NCBI GenBank assembly: GCA_003649205.1
Contig: QMRC01000001.1
Span: 308,624-372,623, forward strand
Origin: Thermoprotei archaeon
GTDB taxonomy: Archaea > Thermoproteota > Thermoprotei > Thermoproteales > B15-G16
DNA: 64,000 bases
Direction: 5' to 3'
A program made the translations under genes and the position numbers. Positions 57,510 to 64,000 of the stretch are shown here, one piece after another (position 1 is the stretch's first letter; each line of letters starts with the position of its first letter). The notes below the pieces were generated by a model. That model ran no database searches, was not told where the DNA came from, and worked only from the letters and a program-made list of their open reading frames with translations.

Positions 57510-58535
57510 TTACGTGAAGGATAGGTACTTGATAGCTCTCCTGTACCTAGGACCCAGTACCTTCCTCAATTCAATCACATCTACACGACCTCTCTCCTGC
57601 CTTAGCTCAAGTATCTTCCTAGCTGTTCTAGGTCCTATACCTGGAACCCTCACTAACTCCCTAAAGCTAGCAGTGCTGATGTCTACTGGAAACATATCAC
57701 TACGCAACCTAGCATATACGAGCTTTAGATCTACATGAGGTAGCATACCATCTCTACATAGCTCAAGTAGTTCCTCTAAGCTAAAACCGTAGTCCCTCAT
57801 CAGGAAGAGTGCTTGGTAGAGTGCTTTCTGCCTAGACTTAGGACATGGCCTTCTCCTTTCAAGAGGAGTCTTATGCACTGGTTCGAAAGCACTGAAGTGA
57901 ATTAGGTATATTCCTCTGTGGAGGAGGTACTTCATGAGCTTCAAGTACTGTGTATCTCTATCCTCGAGCGCACCTACTACAACCTGTGTATCCACCTTAC
58001 AGCTCCTACCCCTACACTCTTCAATACACCACAGTAGTCGCTTCAAGACGTCATTCACGAAATCACCCTTATCAGGACATAGCTCTGAAAACATACTTGG
58101 TGTTGGTGCTTCTAGGTTGATCCCAATTCTATCAGCTACCTCAGCAGCTCTACGTATCACATCACGATCAGTACCTGGCATTAACCTAAGGTGTATGTAC
58201 CCTCTAAAACCTAGCTTCCTCAACTTCTCAGCAACCTCGACCTCCATCTCAGATACTCTATCAGGATCAGAAAACATACATGAGGATAGGAAGAGACCAC
58301 GTACCTCCCCACGAGACCAGAGTCTATACACAACCTCAACCAACTCATCAACCCTCCACTGCTCACGAGGAACTCTCCTACCAGACCTAAACTCACAGTA
58401 AAGACAAGAACAGCAACAACAACTAGATAACAAGGTCTTAACTAACCTACCACCTACAGACCTGTAGATAGGTACCCTACAGATATCCCACCTAGCACCA
58501 ACAACTAGGACCTGCCACTTACTCTTAGATACCAA
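57510..58535 (-). CDS. Putative DNA modification/repair radical SAM protein with C-terminal HhH
   Basis: KTLLSSCCCCSCLYC, GLFLSS, GYIHL, LMRDYGF, LVRVPGIGPRTA. Confidence 0.8.
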   Translation of the reverse strand: MVSKSKWQVLVVGARWDICRVPIYRSVGGRLVKTLLSSCCCCSCLYCEFRSGRRVPREQWRVDELVEVVYRLWSRGEVRGLFLSSCMFSDPDRVSEMEVEVAEKLRKLGFRGYIHLRLMPGTDRDVIRRAAEVADRIGINLEAPTPSMFSELCPDKGDFVNDVLKRLLWCIEECRGRSCKVDTQVVVGALEDRDTQYLKLMKYLLHRGIYLIHFSAFEPVHKTPLERRRPCPKSRQKALYQALFLMRDYGFSLEELLELCRDGMLPHVDLKLVYARLRSDMFPVDISTASFRELVRVPGIGPRTARKILELRQERGRVDVIELRKVLGPRYRRAIKYLSFT

Positions 58536-58607
58536 GAGGAAGAACCCTCAAGAATTAACCTACGTGAAGTGAAGAGAAAAAGGTAACTCACAGGTGAACT
58601 CCATAAG

Positions 58608-59717
58608 CTACCTCAGGTGTAGAAGCTTTAGGAGTAGTGTAGTATGATCATCAAAGTCAACACCCTCTAAATCCTCAATTAACAACCTAACTAGCTGTAG
58701 AGTAGAGCGTAGAACACCATTACCTACTGAGTGAAACAACCTCGTAAAGTGCTTGAGGAAGCTCATCTTCAAGTGCATGTTAGCTAGTTTAGAGTACAGG
58801 TACTTCCTCATAACCTTAGGATCAAATACCTCTGTAGAGTTAAGGTAGTTAGCAACCCATCTACAGTACGTAAGTCCAAGAACCACACCACCACCTGTAA
58901 GTGGTTTAGTAAATCCAAGAGCATCACCAACAACAATACAGCAACCACGAGACTTCACTAATGAGAGTGGAGGTCCAAGGGTGATGACACCACCAAACAC
59001 CTCACTACACCACCTCTTAATCCTCAAGTCAAGTACCTTCTCAACATACCTACACAACGTACAAAGCTTATCAGTCGATACCCTGCAATCACCAAGACCA
59101 ACCCTAACACACCTATCGGAAATCGGTACAATCCAAGCAAAGAACTTCTTTGAAAGTACCCTATCGAAGATCACAGTGAAGGTACTTGAATCAACTGAGT
59201 GCTCCAACAGCACATCTACCTGAATACCCCATAGCTTCGTCAATGTATTATCGTAGAGACCAAGTTGCTTAGCTAATGTAGCGTAACCACCCTCAGCAAC
59301 AACAACCACATCATAATACACCCCCCTAGCTCTGTCCTGTGTATAGACAACACCATGAGGATCCACAGCAACGACCCTACTACGAAGCTTAACTACGTGA
59401 CCCCTATTGAGAACTTCCTGAAGTAAGTACCTCTCCAGCCCTGGTCTATCAACGACACAGGCTACGTAGTGCCTAAAATCAAGTCTATACCTAGGGTACG
59501 CACCAGGCCCAATAACCTCAATGTACCTGAACCTATTGAGCACCAGCTCCTTACGGTAGAGACCTAGCTCCTGAAGACCTCTAATACTCACAAGTGATGT
59601 ACAGTGCCTCGGTAATCCCACAACACTATGCTCCTCATGTACAACAACCTCATGACCCCTGACCTGCGAAGCTAGGTATAGACCACAAGGACCTGCACCA
59701 ATAACACAAACCCTCAT
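58608..59717 (-). CDS. Geranylgeranyl reductase-family flavoprotein
   Basis: GAGPCG, P.HC, FAWIVP, GDA...KPLTGGG. Confidence 0.85.
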   Translation of the reverse strand: MRVCVIGAGPCGLYLASQVRGHEVVVHEEHSVVGLPRHCTSLVSIRGLQELGLYRKELVLNRFRYIEVIGPGAYPRYRLDFRHYVACVVDRPGLERYLLQEVLNRGHVVKLRSRVVAVDPHGVVYTQDRARGVYYDVVVVAEGGYATLAKQLGLYDNTLTKLWGIQVDVLLEHSVDSSTFTVIFDRVLSKKFFAWIVPISDRCVRVGLGDCRVSTDKLCTLCRYVEKVLDLRIKRWCSEVFGGVITLGPPLSLVKSRGCCIVVGDALGFTKPLTGGGVVLGLTYCRWVANYLNSTEVFDPKVMRKYLYSKLANMHLKMSFLKHFTRLFHSVGNGVLRSTLQLVRLLIEDLEGVDFDDHTTLLLKLLHLR

Positions 59718-59722
59718 CTCAA

Positions 59723-60568
59723 CTACCTACACCTACTCCTCAAATCCCTAATAACATTCATGAATTTCCTAACCCTCTCAACATCTACCGGATTCGTAGT
59801 AACCCCATCCACCTTGAAGTACGTACCAACAATAAAACCATCCACATACCTAAAGAACCTAGCAACATTATCAATCCTCATACCTGAACCAACGATGACA
59901 GGTACCGAGACAACACTACGCACCCTAACCACATCATCTAGACTAGGCTCACAACCCGTCCTCAAACCAGTGACTATGACCGCATCAGCACAACCCCTAG
60001 ACACAGCTACCAGAGCAGACTCCTCAATCGACTCCGGATACAGTGGCTTACCGTGCTTACAGTGTACATCAGCAAACACCCTCACACTACAGTTACGTAG
60101 GTAACTCCTCAAGAACTCAATCTCGTAAGCAACAGGCTCTAGAATACCTTGATCCGTAGCAAGAACATCAGTATACGCATTAACCCTAATGAACTTAGCA
60201 CCACAGGCATACGCTATAGCAAGTGCTTCAGGACCTGAATTCCTAAGCAAATTCACACCAACTGGAACAGCAACCTCCTTAACAACTTCACGAACAACAA
60301 CAGCCATAGAAGCAATGGTCAGTGGACTGCTACACCTCTTCGCAAATGGGTAATCACCATAGTTCTCAACAATTAAACCATCAACACCACCCTCAACCAA
60401 CTTCCTAGCTTCAGATACAGCAAACTCAACAATACCTTCCACAGATTCCCCACGATAACGAGATGAACCCGGTAGAGGAGGTAAGTGAATAACACCAATC
60501 ACAGGTTTCTCAACATGAAATAACTCGAGAAACCAATCAGAAACCATACAACACCCTACACTCAACAC
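59723..60568 (-). CDS. BtpA/SgcQ family protein
   Basis: HLPPLPG, ENYGDYPF, GVNLLRN, ADVHCKH, VGTYFK. Confidence 0.92.
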   Translation of the reverse strand: MLSVGCCMVSDWFLELFHVEKPVIGVIHLPPLPGSSRYRGESVEGIVEFAVSEARKLVEGGVDGLIVENYGDYPFAKRCSSPLTIASMAVVVREVVKEVAVPVGVNLLRNSGPEALAIAYACGAKFIRVNAYTDVLATDQGILEPVAYEIEFLRSYLRNCSVRVFADVHCKHGKPLYPESIEESALVAVSRGCADAVIVTGLRTGCEPSLDDVVRVRSVVSVPVIVGSGMRIDNVARFFRYVDGFIVGTYFKVDGVTTNPVDVERVRKFMNVIRDLRSRCR

Positions 60569-60607
60569 TCAACAAAGTACCCTATTAAGTAAGCGCTAAG
60601 TACAGAC

Positions 60608-61405
60608 CTAGCTAACTACCGTGAAGAGACACTCAGCAGCACCAGTAGCTTGACACTGCTCCTCCCTACAGCTAATATCCCTCTGAATAAGTGACTTAAC
60701 AAAACCAGCGATAACACCTCTAGTGAAGTGGCACCTCGGTGCCGTAGCCTTCGCCTCCCTAGCCTCAAAGTTGTCTCTAATACCTAACTTAACTATCCGA
60801 AATCTCTTCTCAACAATCCTCATCAAGCCCAAACCCATAACCCTCCAGTACTTCGCAAGTACCTCAATGGCTTCACCTACGGTAATAGCACGAATCCTCA
60901 GATGAAGGTAATCACTAAGCACACTCTCAGAAAAAGCAACACCATACGCATAACCGATGTGATACATAACAGCGTCAGCAGCAGTACCCCAACGCTTCTC
61001 AAGCTCCCTCTTCATACCCTCAAACGACTTGAGATCTAGAACTATGACAGACCTACTACCACTAGCAACAGTCCTAGGGAAGATAAACTCATCGAAAACA
61101 ATAGGTTCATACCTAAACTCAACGTACCTAACATCCTGAACATCAGTTAGACCCTCAATCTCATCAACAAAATCCCTAGGCTTACACCTACCACCACTGA
61201 AATCAACAAACATAACAGCAACGTAACCAGCACCAAGCCTCTGAACAATGAGATTAAGCAACTCACCACCAACCTTAGCAACAAGCGAAACAATAGAGGA
61301 CACAGCCTCCTGCCTACTTAACAAGATACAGTACTCAGCAACCAACCTACCACCAGATCTCATAACTCCATAGATATCTATAGGTACATGATATAGCTCA
61401 GACAT
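60608..61405 (-). CDS. ACT-like + V4R domain protein
   Basis: GLG, CHFTRGVIAG, E.QC.A.G...C.F. Confidence 0.82.
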   Translation of the reverse strand: MSELYHVPIDIYGVMRSGGRLVAEYCILLSRQEAVSSIVSLVAKVGGELLNLIVQRLGAGYVAVMFVDFSGGRCKPRDFVDEIEGLTDVQDVRYVEFRYEPIVFDEFIFPRTVASGSRSVIVLDLKSFEGMKRELEKRWGTAADAVMYHIGYAYGVAFSESVLSDYLHLRIRAITVGEAIEVLAKYWRVMGLGLMRIVEKRFRIVKLGIRDNFEAREAKATAPRCHFTRGVIAGFVKSLIQRDISCREEQCQATGAAECLFTVVS

Positions 61406-61538
61406 AGCACAACACCTAAATTGCTCTAGGTAGTACTAGGTGTTAAATATTTGCTCCTTTGCTAAAGACCTACAGTATGTTTACCTGAATCTACTAGTAC
61501 GCAACCAAGTTACTTAGTGAAATTACTTAGAACCTTAC

Positions 61539-62384
61539 CTAGGTAAGATGTCTTCTCAACTTCCTCAGCACATCAACAGCATCTCTAGGCCTCACATCAC
61601 CACCTCTAGGACCCAGCTTAAACACCTCAAGAGTAACGTACTGAAGCCTATGAACTCTCCTCAAAACCCTACACACAGAAGCTAAATCCATCACACCACT
61701 ACCTATCAGTAAGTGATCTCTATACCTACCATTGACAACAGTGAAGTCATGTAGGTGAGCCACGAGCAATCTATCACCAAGAGCTTGAGCAAAGTTCTCA
61801 ATAACAGCAACGTGATTCTCAATAGGAACCTTACCCAAGTAAGCACCAACAGCATGACCAACATCGAGACAGAAGTAAACACCCTTCACCCTCGCAACGA
61901 GATCAACCAGCTGCTGAATATCGGAGAAAGGTCTATGATCATTATTCTCAACAACAAGATCAAGACCATGTTGCTCACAGAGACACCGAAGCTCACGAAC
62001 AGACTCAATACCTGCCCTCAAAACCTCATCCCAAACCTCCTTAAACTCAACAGCTTCACTACAAGAGACATGAACATTAACGTAGAGAGCACGCAACACA
62101 CCAGCTAACTCAATAACCCTCCTCATAACCTTGAGACTAGCCTCCCTAATCTCAGGAACAGGACTAGCAAGAGCAATATCCCTCCAAGGAGCATGAATAC
62201 CAACCTCAATACCGAAATCACGAACAGCCCTCTTAACCTCATCAACATCCATCCTATAAGGCCAAGGATAGTCAATAGATAGCTCAACGTAGTCAAAACC
62301 AACCTCATAACAATCCTTCATCACATAGTACAGAGGCCTATTCCCATACCACAGATTAAAACCAACCCTCACCATACCCAACAA
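61539..62384 (-). CDS. Sugar phosphate isomerase/epimerase (AP endonuclease 2 TIM barrel)
   Basis: HAP, VEN, LDVGH, HLHD, DH...G.G, TLE. Confidence 0.88.
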   Translation of the reverse strand: MLGMVRVGFNLWYGNRPLYYVMKDCYEVGFDYVELSIDYPWPYRMDVDEVKRAVRDFGIEVGIHAPWRDIALASPVPEIREASLKVMRRVIELAGVLRALYVNVHVSCSEAVEFKEVWDEVLRAGIESVRELRCLCEQHGLDLVVENNDHRPFSDIQQLVDLVARVKGVYFCLDVGHAVGAYLGKVPIENHVAVIENFAQALGDRLLVAHLHDFTVVNGRYRDHLLIGSGVMDLASVCRVLRRVHRLQYVTLEVFKLGPRGGDVRPRDAVDVLRKLRRHLT

Positions 62385-62468
62385 CTAAACAACACAGAAC
62401 ATACCTCAGCAACACAGTAAACGTAACCCCCTTATAAGGAAAATTGGTAAATTGAAAGTTGAGGAAAT

Positions 62469-62819
62469 ATGATAGACATAGCATACGAAGTAGGACTCGC
62501 ACTAGATAAAATAATCAAGGGATCCAGAGGAACAATGGTAGCACTCTACCCACGCAAAATACTACTCAACACCAACCTAAAGGAGAGACCACAGGTACTG
62601 TACTGGAGAATCTACTACCTACTAGAGAACCTAGCAGAGAAAGGACTACTAGAGAAACAACACGTAAGCGCAAGAACACTCTACATAGTCAGAAGAGGAA
62701 CACCACTATGGGAACTATTCAAGAAGTACGGAACAAGTGAAGCAGTACAGAAATTCATATCACTAGTCGTGAACAGCGAATACGATAGGATAAAGCTCAC
62801 AATACCAACTACGAGGTAG
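62469..62819 (+). CDS. Hypothetical protein, possibly winged helix
   Basis: LENLAEKGLLEK...YIV pattern. Confidence 0.55.
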   Translation: MIDIAYEVGLALDKIIKGSRGTMVALYPRKILLNTNLKERPQVLYWRIYYLLENLAEKGLLEKQHVSARTLYIVRRGTPLWELFKKYGTSEAVQKFISLVVNSEYDRIKLTIPTTR

Positions 62820-62866
62820 GTGATAGTAAGTAACTCAAATTACCTAGCAGAGAACTGTAGCAATTA

Positions 62867-62917
62867 GTGATGTAGGGTTCACTAACTGAGTAAAGTGATG
62901 AACCTAGTCCATACTGA
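62867..62917 (+). ncRNA. Box C/D guide sRNA
   Basis: GTGATGT-agggttcactaa-CTGA-gtaaa-GTGATGA-acctagtccata-CTGA. Confidence 0.82.
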
Positions 62918-63709
62918 TCACGAACGAGGTTCAAACTCAAACACACAACAATCACCACCACACACAACACACTCAACCTCACGACACGTAGTAGGTACCT
63001 TCAGAACATACTCAACCAAACCACAGACAACACCACGCATGAAATCACAGTAAGGCTCATCCCTAGAACCAAGAAAGTGATAGCACTCAAAACAGTCAAA
63101 GACCCTCAACCTACCACAACCCCTACCAACATCAAAGAACTCAACCTCAACCCTACCAAGACCAAGAGCCTGAATAATCTTCAGAAAATCCCCACACCAC
63201 TGACCTGATGTACGAAGTACATCAGACCAAAGTCTAGAAGCAAGAAACCTACCAAACTCGCGTCCTAGCTCATAGACAGTACTCTTACCACACCTCTCCC
63301 TCACACAATTAACAACCCTCAACAAGACCTCACTAGGAACAACAACACAACGAAAATCACAACAGGTAACAAATTGAGAAATAGAGTCGAAACTAAGACT
63401 AGGAAGAGAGACACCACGAACAACACCAACAACACTAGGGTTAGTCAGTAGATCAGAAACAGCAACATCCTCACAAGAAGACACTAAAAATACATGAACA
63501 GAGTACTCGCCATCTCTAGGAACAACATCAAGACCAACAACATCACCAAACCTAGAGAAGAAATCAACAACATCACCAAGACAAGAGAGATCACGAACAA
63601 GAACAACAAAGTGATGAACAAAACCAGAAGAAACCCTATGAACAAGGTTCAAAACCCTAAACAAACCACCAACCAAAACCACGGAAAGACCACCAGAAGA
63701 CAGATACAT
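62918..63709 (-). CDS. ACT-like + V4R domain protein
   Basis: ALGLG, DCFEC, CDFMRG, EVEC...G.DCC.F. Confidence 0.82.
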   Translation of the reverse strand: MYLSSGGLSVVLVGGLFRVLNLVHRVSSGFVHHFVVLVRDLSCLGDVVDFFSRFGDVVGLDVVPRDGEYSVHVFLVSSCEDVAVSDLLTNPSVVGVVRGVSLPSLSFDSISQFVTCCDFRCVVVPSEVLLRVVNCVRERCGKSTVYELGREFGRFLASRLWSDVLRTSGQWCGDFLKIIQALGLGRVEVEFFDVGRGCGRLRVFDCFECYHFLGSRDEPYCDFMRGVVCGLVEYVLKVPTTCREVECVVCGGDCCVFEFEPRS

Positions 63710-63778
63710 GAAGTAACTAAATGTGAATTACCTTAAGAGGAACTAAGTAAAGAACTACAGCAGAAGCTCACTAAGACA

Positions 63779-64000
63779 CTAAGGTGCTGTATAAACCTCA
63801 ATATTGAGTAGCTTCGCCAACTCTTAACACCGGTAACCCTCTCATATAACTCACTAATCCTCTTAAGCTCAAGAGCATCACCACGATCAACACTAGACTT
63901 AACCTCAATCAGTATATGCTCACCATCCTTAACAACTAAATCAACATCGATAACAACAGGATAACCATAGACAAAACCCTCCTCATCAACATAACACCAC
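63779..64000 (-). pseudogene. DUF3782-like PD-(D/E)XK nuclease, 3' part with deletion/frameshift (partial)
   Basis: D.EG.VYGYP..IDVDLVVKDGEHILIEVKS...YERVTGVK, then ELAKLLNIEVYTAP* in another frame. Confidence 0.65.

Noticed and set aside
61755-63736. Asn/Thr/Lys-rich plus-strand ORFs (61755-62108, 63494-63736)
   Set aside because: Artefacts of A/C skew opposite real genes; the same applies to most nested antisense ORFs in the track
1-64000. CRISPR array, IS/transposase, integrase
   Set aside because: No regularly spaced repeats and no transposase or integrase ORF seen; recurring TGATGA/CTGA motifs are C/D boxes

Overview
Chromosomal segment of a hyperthermophilic archaeon, most likely a Thermoproteota/crenarchaeote (short XPF, aKMT-type methyltransferase, archaeal ThrRS, split GMP synthase, TmcA/Nat10). 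It carries about 60 mostly housekeeping or metabolic CDSs and several decayed genes. I see no tRNA, rRNA, CRISPR array or IS element. The unexplained signal is intergenic. (1) About 14 box C/D guide sRNAs, several with guides complementary to conserved 16S/23S sequences. (2) One canonical and three atypical K-turn H/ACA-like RNAs, one with a 21-nt antisense to 16S. (3) A stand-alone ~150-nt GC-rich RNA gene (47559-47708) closed by a perfect bulge-helix-bulge splicing motif, predicted to release a 123-nt circular RNA that matches no family I recognise. It sits in an sRNA island between a C2H2 zinc-finger gene and a 2H phosphoesterase gene. Protein calls come from motif recognition, and rRNA target matches come from remembered consensus sequences; no searches were run.
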